Origin: Octopus sinensis
Lineage: Eukaryota
NCBI RefSeq assembly: GCF_006345805.1
Contig: NW_021833945.1
Coordinates: 1 to 52,705 of the forward strand
DNA: 52,705 bases
Direction: 5' to 3'
Of the stretch, positions 11,768 to 23,602 are shown in pieces. A program made the position numbers and the translations under genes. The notes below the pieces were generated by a model that was given only the letters and a program-made list of their open reading frames with translations, was not told the DNA's origin and searched no databases. The first letter of the stretch is position 1. The number at the start of each line of letters is the position of its first letter.

Positions 11768-12012
11768 AAAATATATTTATTTCAAGCTGACAGCCATATA
11801 ACAATGATCATTTCATGGATGATTTGACTGAGGTCTGGTGAACCAGATGGCTGTACCAGGCTCCAGTCTGATCTGGCAGTGTTTCTACAGCTGGATGCCC
11901 TTCCTAACACCAACCACTCTGAGAGTGTAGCGGGTGCTTGTAGCCTGATCCATTAAAGGAGGTTTTTTTCTTGAGTACCATCAGATTAATTAAACCCACA
12001 TACTGTGCATGA

Positions 12013-12048
<36 letters not shown>

Positions 12049-12117
12049 GGTGAGAAAAAATAAATTCAAAAAGAACAATTCAAACTTTTTGAAGAATCTA
12101 AAAAGCAAGAAAAAATA

Positions 12118-12480
12118 ATCTCTATATATATAAACAGCAAAATGTCTGTGTGTGTGTGTGTGTGTGCATGTCCTTTATACAAATCCACAATTTTTCAGTT
12201 AGAGGGCTCGCACTTTCTATGGTCATTCAAAACCATCCAAGGGCGGTCGTGCACATCTTTACATTTCCCCAGTCACCCCGCAATGCCATTTAAAAAAAAA
12301 TCGACAGAAGTGACTTTTTTGTGAATTTTCTATCCAAAACCCAATCAAAATGCCCAAAACTTGATACGCCAATTGAATGCCAGCTAACTGTATGTGATTG
12401 GTCGGAGATTTGGACAGTACTCGCGTGTATGTGCGCACGCACGCAGCTGTATGTGCATGCACTGGCACTATAGTGCTAGT
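12118..12480 (+). mobile_element. DINE-1/Helentron-like non-autonomous element, family A
   Basis: Starts atctctatatatataaa then (TG)n, ends tagtgCTAGt; homologous to the 19305 and 23340 copies. Confidence 0.65.
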
Positions 12481-12547
12481 TTCCAATAAAAAAATTCATC
12501 GTATTCATAAAAATCAGTCAGAGCAAGTATTAAGAATATGAAAATAA

Positions 12548-13501
12548 CAATTGAAAAAATTTGTTATAGGTATAAAGATATTGAATCAATTTAAATATAG
12601 CTTTGTTATTTAGCTAGAAGCTTCTTGTAATATATTTTTTTCGTTTTCAATATAAATATGTATATATCTGACTCTCTATGGCTTTTTCTGTTAGTGAACA
12701 TGTTTATATCTGCTAGACACATGTGTTTTTGTTTACATTATGTTTCATCTCGATCATTTACTATTTTTTAAATCGCTCTGTCTGGCCCCCGTGTTGGTGG
12801 CACGTAAAAGCACCATCCGTTCGTGTCCGTTACCAGCCTCACCTGGCCCCGTGCCGGTAGCACCATCCGTTCGTGGCTGTTTGCCAGCTCTGTCTGGCAC
12901 CTGTGCGGGTGGCACGTAAAAAGCACCCACTACACTCACGGAGTGGTTGGCGTTAGGAAGGGCATCCAGCCGTAGAAACACTACCAGATCTGACTGGGCC
13001 TGATGAAGCCTTTCAGCTTCACAGACCCCAGTTGAACCGTCCAACCCATGCTAGCATGGAGAACGGACGCTAAATGATGATGATGATGATATCCGTTAGA
13101 CTTTTTTTAAGTTATAGTTTTTTGCACAAATAGACTTGCATATACATTGATATGTCTTTCTTTTTCAATTCTCTTATTATTTTTCCCTTTTACAACTTGT
13201 TTGTAGATATCCGGTTTAATTTTTCCCTATTACCCCATCTGTTTTTTTCCTTTATTGAATTTTATTAATAACCTTTTTGATGTTCTTCCTAAAAATTCTT
13301 CACACTGATGAGAATAACAATGCGTAACCTTAATTATAATTATTATCATTATTATTTTTTCTTAAATATTTGTATTATCTTTTGAAACATGTGTATGTAT
13401 TGAATTCAATTTTGTAATAAATTCAATTTTGATTTTAACATATTTTCTTCATTTTTATTCTTGTTTATGGTATCTTTATACCTATAACAAATTTTTTCAA
13501 T

Positions 13502-13502
<1 letters not shown>
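12548..13502. mobile_element. AT-rich element with 32 bp inverted ends and a degenerate hammerhead motif (13302-13398), interrupted by a SINE
   Basis: aattgaaaaaatttgttataggtataaagata (about 12548-12579) is the exact reverse complement of about 13471-13502. Contains aca CTGATGA...GAAAC ATGT GTA tgt. Confidence 0.6.
12776..13091 (+). mobile_element. SINE-like family B with internal tandem units and (GAT)n tail
   Basis: ggcgttaggaagggcatccagccgtagaaac core and ccaacccatgctagcatgga..(gat)n end. Confidence 0.8.
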
Positions 13503-13539
<37 letters not shown>

Positions 13540-14100
13540 GAGATGAATAAAACAGGCTGTAATTTATTAGAACCTGTTTCCCCCTCTTGTATATATTTAT
13601 ATATCAGTTTTATACTCACTAATGGAGTTCTACACCTATATCCAGCTCAAGGAATAACCCTGCTGTATGATGGCATATGGTAGCCAATAACAGCACAAGA
13701 GCTTTTGAATGCACAATACAAGGTTATTACCCAGATAATATTGAATGTGTGTGAGTGTGTACTGTTGATGTCATGAGAATTTATAAACTTTCAAATGAAC
13801 ATGAAAAAAATTCTTTATTGGAACAGTGATATTGAAGCACATAAGGCTATGAATAATAGCATGTAAATATTTGGTTGAAAAACCCTTTTGCATGCAAAAA
13901 GTCGAAGGCTACTCATTGGATGTGAGTTCATGTCTGCTGTTTCAGTCCCACAGACAGTCTTTGATATCTTTTATCAAAAAGGGTTTTCGACCTAATACTC
14001 ACATGCTATTATTTATGCTTCGAGAGCCACTGTTCCATGCACACACAAGCACGCATGCATGCATGCACACACATACACACACAGAGTAGCATAGTATATA

Positions 14101-14328
14101 TTCCTTTACTACCCACAAGGGGCTAAACATAGAGGACAAACAAGGACAGACAGACGGATTAAGTCGATTACATCAACCCCAGTGCATAACTGGTACTTAA
14201 TTTATCAACCCCCGAAAGGATGAAAGGCAAAGTCGACCTCAGCGCAATTTGCACCCAGAATGAAACGGCAGACGAAATACGGCTACGCATTTCGACCGCC
14301 GCTAACGTTTCTGCCAGCTCGCTGCCTT
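14101..14328 (-). mobile_element. SINE family A
   Basis: Full length; flanks share acacacag.tag.atagtata (TSD-like). Confidence 0.85.
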
Positions 14329-14429
14329 TCACACACAGTAGTATAGTATAATGCAAGGTAGTCTGCATATCCTCCATAACAAAATACCTGTTCCTGTCCC
14401 CTTTGTGTCACACTTTAACCTCTCAACAT

Positions 14430-14845
14430 ATACTCTTTACTCTTATTTGTTTCAGTCATTTGACTGCGGCCATGCTGGAACACCGCCTTTAGTCGAGCAA
14501 ATCGCCCCCGGGACCTATTCTTTGTAAGCCCAGTACTTATTCTATCGGTCTCTTTTGCCGAGCCGCTAAGTGGCGGGGATGTAAACACACCAGCATCGGT
14601 TGTCAAGCAATGTTAGGGGGACAAACACAGACACACAACACATACATACACACACATATACATATATATATATACATATATACGACAGGCTTCTTTCAGT
14701 TTCCGTCTACCAAATCCACTCACAAGGCATTGGTCGGCCTGGGACTATAGCAGAAGACACTTGCCCAAGATGCCACGCAGTGGGACTGAACCCGGAACCA
14801 TGTGGTTGGTTAGCAAGCTACTTACCACACAGCCACTCCTGTGCT
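14430..14845 (-). mobile_element. SINE family C
   Basis: Full-length reverse complement of family C. Confidence 0.82.
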
Positions 14846-15284
14846 TATATATCACAAAGCCATCTACATCTCAGTCAAGGTGGTTGGTGGAGGGGGGGGG
14901 GGCTATTGTTGCAAAGTTACATAGCAACCTTACTGGTGTTAATGCCACACACAAAAAAAAATGCAATAAAAAAAAAAAGCACCCAGTACATTCTGGGAGA
15001 GCATTTAGCTATAGAATTCAAACCAAAGCTGTCGACTGACATGGATTCTTGTCAAACCATCCAACCAGCATGGAAGATGGACATTAGATGATGATGATGT
15101 TGATGATATCGTTGTTTACTGTCCACTTTTCTATGCTTGCATATCTAAGAATTTGTTAAGACAGGTTTTCTGCAGCTGGATGCCCTTCCTGTTGTCAACC
15201 CTCATCTGTTTCTAAGTAGTTAATATTTCCTTATGACCACACAGAAGACTGGAAATGAAGGACATTGGTTACACTGATCATATG

Positions 15285-16005
15285 ATGTCAAGGCAAAAAC
15301 ACAGACAGACAGACAGAGACAGACACACAGAAACAGACACAAAGACAGACAGAGAGAAACAGAGACAGACAGAGAGAAACAGAGACAGACACAGAGAGAG
15401 AGATAGAGTCAGACAGAGACAGACAGACACACAAACAGACACAAAGACAGACAGGCAGAAACAGACACAGACAGAGAGAAATAGAGACAGACAGAGAGAG
15501 ACAGAGACAGACACACAGACAGACAAACAGAAACAAACAGACACAGAGACAGACAGAGACAGACACACAGGAACAAACAGACACAGAGACAGACAGAAAC
15601 AAACAACAGACACAGAGACAGACAGACACAGATAGACAGACAGACACAGATAGACAGACAGACACAGATAGACAGACAGACAAACAGAAACAAACAGACG
15701 CAGAGACAGACAGACACACAGACAGACACAGATAGACAGACAGACAAACAGAAACAAACAGACACAGAGACAGACAGACACAGACAGACAGACAGACACA
15801 GATAGACAGACAGACACAGATAGACAGACAGACACAGATAGACAGACAGACACAGATAGACAGACAGACATAGATAGACAGACAAACAGAAACAAACAGA
15901 CACAGAGACAGACAGACACAGAGACAGACAGAAACAAACAGACACAGAGACAGACAGAGACAGACACACACACACAGAGACAAAGACAGACAGACAGACA
16001 TAGAT
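15285..16005. repeat. Complex (GACA/CAGA/CA)n satellite, about 720 bp
   Basis: Tandem 4-mers arranged in 18 bp (gacagacagacacagata) and about 30 bp (gacagacaaacagaaacaaacagacacaga) units. Confidence 0.95.
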
Positions 16006-16705
16006 TGACATATACCATCAGCACATTTATTGTATTTTCATCTGATTCAATGTGTACAAATTGTCTCTACAATACAGCAACATGCAACATGTTCACTCTC
16101 CAGTGTGGTCAAATCCTAAACTAACAAGGATTGATAGATTAATATTTTGCTTGTGGTAGACCTGCTTTAAATTGTAAGGACCTAATCTGTTGACTTGTTT
16201 TGCACCACCATCTAGTCTTCGGGGTTATTTAAAGGGGTCAACAACTACAATGGAAGCATTTAGACTAGGTCCCCAGACAGAAGATAATATATTTTGGAGC
16301 ACTGGTTCTCCTTGAACCAATGAGGATACTTGTCCATGGTCATGTAACCTAGTAAAAAGTAACAGCCAAATCTATCTGCAAAAAAAAAAAAAATGGCCAT
16401 AGTGCATAACATAATTCTAGAATGAAGGATTGCAGTTGGAATGTTTGAATCATTGATTTGCTTAATTGCTGCTCCCCTAGAGTTAAAACAAGAATAAAAG
16501 TTGTGGCTTTTTCCTTGCTGTTTTTCCTCCCAACAAAGGCCTTAATAAAGAATATAATTGTTGCTCTTCTTCCTTTCACTAAGTCCCACTCTCAGCTACA
16601 CACACATACACACACAAACACATGCTACTCATTCAAATATTCATTCCTTTTCTTGATGAGAATCATACAAGAAAAAGGGATTCGTTTGTAATCTTCTTCA
16701 GCATC

Positions 16706-17063
16706 CTCATCATCATCATTTAGCGTCCGTTTTCCATGCTAGCATGGGTTGGACAGTTTAACTGGGGTCTGTGAAGCCGGAAGGCTTCATCAGGCCCAGT
16801 CAGATTTGGCAGTGTTTCTACAGTTGGATGCCCTTCCTAACGCCAACCACTCCGCGAGTGTAGTGGGTGTTTTTTACGTGCCACCTGCACAGGTGCCAGA
16901 CAGAGCCGGCACAACGGCCACGAACAGATGGTGCTTTTACGTGTCACCAGCACAGGGCCAGGCGATGCTGGCAACGGACACGAACGGATGGTGCTTTTAC
17001 GTGCCACCGACACGGGGTCAGACAGAGCTGGCAAACAGCCATGAACGGACGGTGCTTTTACGT
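16706..17063 (-). mobile_element. SINE-like family B
   Basis: Reverse complement of the family B core; several tggcacgtaaaagcaccat units. Confidence 0.8.
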
Positions 17064-17629
17064 GTATATTGAACATAAAATCTCCTGAATTATTTGTTCA
17101 TTTCATATTTTGCATTTTGTTACTAACAGATTTCCAAAAGGCTACACATGGGTTCACTGAATTAACAACAGCAAGAATAACAAGGAAGAGTCTGCAGAAC
17201 CTAGATAGTTGTTCTGTCTAGGTTCTTTCAGTTTCTGTCTATCAAGTGTTAGTTTTAAACTTGCTAAATCTACACTCACCTAATCTCAAAGTTTTTAGAA
17301 GTAAATACTAACATTTCCTCTTTCTATGTCTATGTAGGTGACTGTACGGGCTTTTTTGACTAAATTTTATTGTTATTGCCCATTTACTTTCATGATTTTT
17401 TGTCTTAACTTTTCCACACTTTTTCATTTTGCTCAAACCAATGTTTCAATTTCAAAAAGGTTTTTTAATACTTGCATGGTAAACTTATGCTTGTCTTATT
17501 TCCTTCCATTTTCTCCACCCACTATTTCAGGGAAAGTTCCTCAGGCACCTCCTCATGGTCTTATCACAAGCATCCATCATTACACTCTCCTGCTGTTTTC
17601 TCAAGCATGGTCAACTGAGATTGTGGATA

Positions 17630-18310
17630 TTATCCAAACATTTTGTTCCGGGGCTACCCCTAGGTCTCCTGCCGGTAATTCTTTTCTGTGACATTTTAAT
17701 CATGTATCTGTAGTACCAGTGCTGTGGCTCCTCTCAATGCAGAGAGAAGTTCCAGCTTGACCTGGAGATGTCTTGTAATGTCACTCAATAGATCATTCAG
17801 AGGAACTCCATTTTGGCCAATTGTATTTGAAATTGTATTCTGTCAGTCATTACCCAGCATTCATGACTACGTTGGGGATTGGCATAAAAACCAAATTGAT
17901 GGCTTTCTGAGGATCAAAAGCTGGATCTAGCACACTACTGAGCCAATATCTGCAATTCTAGCATCCAGTTCAGCTTCAAAAGCTTCTCATCACTTGTGAA
18001 TACAGCCCTGAGATTCTTAAACTTCTCCACTTGTCTCAGTGATGTTCCACTAACATGCAGAGGGTAATGGGAAGACTTTCTTTAGAGATCCAATGTCTCA
18101 AACTTCACAACACTGGATGCTGGAGATCATCTTCTAATGAGTCAAATAATACCACAGCATTTGCAAATATCAGCCAACCAGCCCTGCACCCACTGATTAT
18201 GATGCCATTTCTACAAAGCCTGCACAATCCAATTAATAAAAATTATGAAAAGGAGGGGAGACAATATACACCCCTGCTAAAATCCAAAACCTGTGCTGAA
18301 AGGTTTCAAC
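17630..18310 (-). mobile_element. Decayed RTE-like LINE reverse transcriptase fragment
   Basis: Minus strand reads QGCILSPLLFIIFINWI, LIFANAVVL (decayed FADD), LRQVEKFK, ELDARI with stops. Confidence 0.7.
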
Positions 18311-18541
18311 TTAGCACCAATTACTTTTCCTATATAAAAATTTTAAAATTTCATTCCTATATACTTACCTTTATTTTCTCTCATATTTCGAGCCTTGTAT
18401 TGAAACACTTCAACCATGTTTCTACCTTAAAAGATTATCTCTCTAGAAAGATGTTCATGCTTCACTCACAAATATCTTACATCCCATCTATTCCTGATTA
18501 TCATTATAGGTACAGGAGTTGCTATATAGTAAGAAGTTATA

Positions 18542-18771
18542 AGGCAGCAAGCTGGCAGAAACATTAGTGCGTCAGGCGAAGTGCGTAGCCGTATTTCGTC
18601 TGCCATTGCTTTCTGAGTTCAAATTCCGCCAAGGTCGACTTTGCCTTTCATCCTTTCAGGGTCGATAAATTAAGTACCAGTTTTACACTGGGGTCAATGT
18701 AATCGACTTAATCCCTTTGTCTGTCCTTGTTTGTCCCCTCTATGTTAGCCCCTTGTGGGCAGTAAAGAAAT
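18542..18771 (+). mobile_element. SINE family A
   Basis: Full length; TSD tatatagtaagaagtt. Confidence 0.88.
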
Positions 18772-18904
18772 ATATATAGTAAGAAGTTCCAGGTTCAGTC
18801 CCACATGTTAGTTAGGTAACATTGAGTAGGTACCTTCTCCTATAGCCTCAGACTGGCCAAAGCCTTGAGTGGATTTGGCAGCCAAAAAGAGAAAGAAGAC
18901 AGTC

Positions 18905-19260
18905 ATGCTTGGCTGTGTGGTTAGAAGCATGCTTCCCAACCACATGGTTCTATGTTCAGTCCCACTGCATGGCACCTTGAGCAAGTGTAATATAGCCCCA
19001 GGCTGACCAAAGCCTTGTGAGTGGATTTGGTAGATGGAAACTTAAAGATGCCAAACGTATGCGTGTGTGATCCTCACTACCATTTGAGAACTGATGCTGG
19101 TGCATTTATGTCCAGGTAACTTAGCGGTTCAGCAAAAGAGAACGATAGAATAAGTACCAAACTTAAAAGACAAAAAAAAAGTACTAGGGCTGATTCATTC
19201 AAAAAATAATTCTTCAAGGCAGTGCTCCAGAATGGCTACAGTCTAATGACCAAAACTAGT
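18905..19260 (+). mobile_element. SINE family C (partial copy just upstream at about 18785-18900)
   Basis: Family C sequence. Confidence 0.75.
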
Positions 19261-19304
19261 CACACACGTAGAAGTTGTAACTGATTGTGACACATGTGAA
19301 CATT

Positions 19305-19650
19305 CATCTCTATATATATAAACGGCAAAATGTCTATCTGTCTGTGTGTGTGTGTCCTTTATACAAATCCACAATTTTTCAGTTAGAGGGCTCGCACTTT
19401 CTATGGTCATTCAAAACCATCCAAGGGTGGTCGTGCACATCTTTACATTTCCCCAGTCACCCAGCAAAGCCATTAAAAAATCAATAGAAGTGACTTTTTT
19501 GTGAATTTTCTATCCAAAACCCAATCAAATTGCCCGAAACTTGATACGCCAATTGAATGCCAGCTAGCTGTATGTGATTGGTCGGAGATTTGGACAGTAC
19601 TCGCGTTTATGTGCGCACGCACGCAGCTGTACATGCATGCACTACCACTA
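19305..19650 (+). mobile_element. DINE-1/Helentron-like element, family A (3' end decayed)
   Basis: Near-identical to 12118-12460. Confidence 0.62.
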
Positions 19651-20309
19651 TCTTACAAGAACATGTCTGGCCACAAGAAGGAAATATTACCTGGCTTGGA
19701 CACAGGTGAGGGCAGGTGACAAGAAGTGACTCTGGCCATAAAAAATTTGCTTCAAACTACATCCATCCTGTGCAAGCATGAAAAAGTGGACATTAAATGA
19801 TGATGATAATAATAAACAAATGTTCAACCATCTGCTCCCAGGTTCAATCTTAGTGCACAGCACCTTGATCAAGAGTCTATTACTGTGTCCTCTTTGTAAG
19901 TGTAATATGGTAATTGGAAATTGTGCCAGAATTCATATCGTGTATATGAACATTTCTCAACTTTGTTATCCTTGTGTAACTCAAAATAAATTACATTTCA
20001 AGGAACCAAAAAAAAAAATTATATACCATACCTTTCTCATAGTTCACATGGTAAATATCACACACATACACACACATGTATGTATGTATAAGGTTGTTAT
20101 ATATTTTTTGATAACAAAATAGGTTATATAGGATGATGTCTATATTACAATATCACAATATGATGTGCATGTATAGTGATATTACAATTATGAAATTAGC
20201 CTTAGCTTATCTCACACTTTCTCGTGGAACTCCTAGGAACCTTTTGCAGAACCCTAGGGTTCTGGGCAACTCTGGTTGAGAAATGCTGGTATACAATATA
20301 TCTAAGAGG

Positions 20310-20630
20310 TCATGTGGTTAAAAAGCTTACTTTGCAACCTTATGGTTTCAGGTTCAGTCCCACAATATAGCACCTTGGATAACTGTCTTCTGCTATAGCT
20401 CCAAGACAACCAATGCCTTATGAGTGAATTTGATAAAAGGAAACTATATAGAAGCCTGTTGTGTGTGTGTATGTGTTGGTTTGTTTACAAGTCTGTAACT
20501 TATCAGTTTGACAAAGGAGACCTATAAAAGTACCAGACTTGAAAAAAATAAGTACTAGAAGGCAATTTGTTTCGATAAACCTTTCTAGATGGTGCCCCTG
20601 CTGGGCCACTGTCCAATGACTAAAAGAAGA
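20310..20630 (+). mobile_element. SINE family C, decayed
   Basis: Family C sequence. Confidence 0.68.
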
Positions 20631-20899
20631 TGGAGAATAAAAAAAAATACTACTTACATCATTCCCTAACCTTCATCAAAACAACCATCACACACCTGCA
20701 AATTAGTCAGTATATGCCAAACCCTAAGCAATTCCCTGAATAGTGATCTGTAGAGCATCTTCCAATAGCAAGAAACTTCAAATACTAAACATTTCAATAA
20801 AACATCATCACAAACCCTTTAATCAACAGCGGCACACAACAACATCTCCCATTATCACTACAAATGTTAGGCCACACTATCATCAATGATTTCTCTCGA

Positions 20900-21418
20900 A
20901 ACATTCGAGCGAGGTCGTCGCCAGTGCCGCTGGACTGGCTCCTGTGCAGGTGGCACGTAAAAAGCACCATTTGGGTGTGGCCGTTGCCAATACCTATTTC
21001 TTTATTACCCACAAGGGGCTAAACAGAGGGGACAAACAAGGACAGACATAGGTATTAAGTCGATTATATCGACCCCAGTGCGTAACTGGTACTTAATTTA
21101 TCGACCCCGAAAGGATGAAAGGCAAAGTCGACCTCGGCGGAATTTGAACTCACAACGTAACGCAGACGAAATACTGCTAAGCATTTCACCCGGCGTGCTA
21201 ATGTTTCTGCCAGCTCACCGCCAATACCACCATACTGGCCCTCATGCCGGTGGCACGTAAAAGCACCCACTACACTCTCAGAGTGGTTGGCATTAGGAAG
21301 GGCATCCAGCTGTAGAAACTCTGCCAGATCAGATTGGAGTCTGGTTTGCCAGACCTCAGTCAAATCGTCCAACCCATGCTAGCATGGGTAAGCGGACGTT
21401 AAATGATGATGATGATGA
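20900..21418 (+). mobile_element. SINE-like family B, split by a family A copy
   Basis: Family B sequence on both sides of 20992-21222. Confidence 0.8.
20992..21222 (-). mobile_element. SINE family A nested in SINE family B
   Basis: Full length; TSD gccaatac. Confidence 0.85.
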
Positions 21419-21437
21419 AAAGCACATACATAACACT

Positions 21438-21965
21438 GAGCATTTAAACTGGACAAATCCAGTCCAAATATTGTTTTATGCTCACACTGGTCAGATCTGG
21501 CTTCTCACACCTACCTTACAATGGTCATTCCAAAGATAATTACATCATTGAAAACTCAAAGCTATGAGATAATGTGTAAGTAATTCAAAACAATGAGAAT
21601 AAATTACATTTAACAGAGTAATCTGAATACACACTTTGGGATAGTGTTGTCTATAGCAGCTCATCTTGCCATCGATTGTCGAGCATTACAAAGGATTCGC
21701 TGACCAAGTCCACTGATGATTACCAGAGTAGATATAGACTGGGTTTGGAGCCGGTGATAAATATGCTAGTTAACCCATAGCTGGAACCCTAACAGATGCT
21801 ACTATTCAGGGTCAGAGCAGAGAACAAAAGTGACTAAGAGGTTTTTCCACACACCTCAAAACCCAAGAACTCCCATGCAAAAGCCCAAATACTGTGTAAT
21901 TCAAAACAATGAGAATAATTAAGTGTTATATTTGACAGAGTAATCTGAATGCTAAAAGCTAACAA
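21438..21965. mobile_element. Decayed piggyBac-type MITE interrupted by a 267 bp duplicated segment
   Basis: gagcatttaaactgg..tatgctcacactggtcagatctgg..gagtaatctgaatgctaaaag resembles the 35711 and 50222 family. Confidence 0.55.
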
Positions 21966-22786
21966 AGATAAGATCACATCACAATGACTGATCCTACTCT
22001 TCAGGTTTAAGAAGTACTTCAGCACCTGGTAATTATTAAAATGATACAAAGCTCAACTGAAGGCCACATGAACCATCCAAAAGATTAACATAAAATCTCT
22101 CACAAACAAAGCTTCTGGCCCATAGGCATGCATGCTATTTAACTTACTGTCTTCTCTGTCAGTACTATAATGGCCTTTGCCCCTCAGATCTGGATGATTC
22201 ATGTCACCTCCACTCCAACAATCCTGTCTCACTCATCTCCTCCTCTTAATTGTACTTGTGGGTGGCTTGAGCCATTCTGACTAATGAGTTCACCACATCC
22301 GTCATGAATACTGACCATGTCTGACATTTGGCCCTAACATTCCAGCAGGCAAAGCTTCTGCCTGTGCCCCCAAAATTCAGCTCATAAATCTGAGAAATGC
22401 CCCACTGGGAAAGCAAGAGCATCAAATAGCATGGACACCATAGTTGAGGCGTTCAGTTCATGTCCAGAATTTCAGCAAGAATACAAGTTCACAGGTGATT
22501 CCCAGTCGCATTCATACACACTTTGGGATAGTGTTGTCTATAGCAGCTCATCTTGCCATCGATTGTCGAGCATTACAAAGGATTTGCTGACCAAGTCACT
22601 GATGATTACCAGAGTAGATATAGACTGGGTTTGGAGCCGGTGATAAACATGCTAGTTAACCCATAGCTTGGGACCCTAACAGATGCTACTACTCCAGGTC
22701 AGAGCAGACCTGAGAACAAAAGTGTCTAAGAGGTGGTTCCACACACCTCAAAACCCAAGAACTCCCACGCAGAAGCCCCAATACTG
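21628..22786 (+). repeat. Direct repeat pair of about 270 bp (21628-21894 and 22515-22786)
   Basis: The two copies align end to end with few differences. Confidence 0.9.
22130..22430 (-). mobile_element. Possible decayed 5' part of an APE-type LINE
   Basis: Only the ACWNVR motif (endonuclease N-terminus) is recognisable; the rest is decayed. Confidence 0.3.
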
Positions 22787-23339
22787 GATGCAGTTTAAAG
22801 TCTTGCTCAAGACATAATCCCCCTATATTTATGGACTTTAACAATGAGAAGGAAAAGCAGCTGAAAGTTTGATTTTAGTAAATTTTAATTTTTATATCTT
22901 TTGCATAAAAGTTTGATAATATTGGTTGATATATATTGGTTTACCAAAATTAAAAGACTTGTTTTATATACAAGAATAGTTAATGTGGTATGGTTATTAT
23001 TTTAGGAATGAGTGGTGGTGAAATGCTGAGCGATTTTTATTGTAGCTAGTCTATTGATATTACATTTGAATCCAAGTTAATTATAGGAGTATACAACCAA
23101 GCCTACACCAGGCCTTGCACTAATTATTACCCCCAATCCTTCCTTCACATAACACCATCCCTCTGGAATTCCCTCCGTACTCCTCTAAGTGTTGACTTAT
23201 GAAGTTTCAGGTGAAATATTAATGGCATGACTCTCAGTCTCAGTGAGACCATGATTGTCATGGACACTGTCCCTTTAACCAGACACAGCAAATAGAACAA
23301 AAAGGGGAAAAAAACAAAACAAATACAATCACTGATTAT

Positions 23340-23602
23340 ATCTCTCTATATATAAACGGCAAAATGTCTGTCTGTGTGTGTGTCCTTTATACAAATCCAC
23401 AATTTTTCAGTTAGAGGGCTCGCACTTTCTATGGCCATTCAAATCCGTTCAAGGGTGGTCGTGCACATCTTTACATTTCCCCAGCAAAGCCTTTAAAAAA
23501 GTCAATAGAAGTGACTTTTTGTGAATTTTCTATCCCAATCAAAATGCCTGAAACTTGATACGTCAATTGAATGACCCGGCAACGCCGGGTCATAGTGCTA
23601 GT
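23340..23602 (+). mobile_element. DINE-1/Helentron-like element, family A, with terminal hairpin
   Basis: Palindrome tgacccggc-aac-gccgggtca (23572-23592) just before tagtgCTAGt. Confidence 0.72.

Noticed and set aside
15255-16024. Long ORFs of 126-248 aa
   Set aside because: Translations of the GACA satellite; no stops only because of base composition.
21110-21135. ccccgaaaggatgaaagg in SINE A looks like a hammerhead stem II plus GAAA
   Set aside because: No CTGANGA box upstream and no stem III/UH site; it is the conserved SINE central domain.
21628-22786. LTR retrotransposon or TRIM interpretation of the direct repeat
   Set aside because: No TG...CA ends, PBS, PPT or TSD seen; one copy is embedded in a MITE with a flanking duplication.
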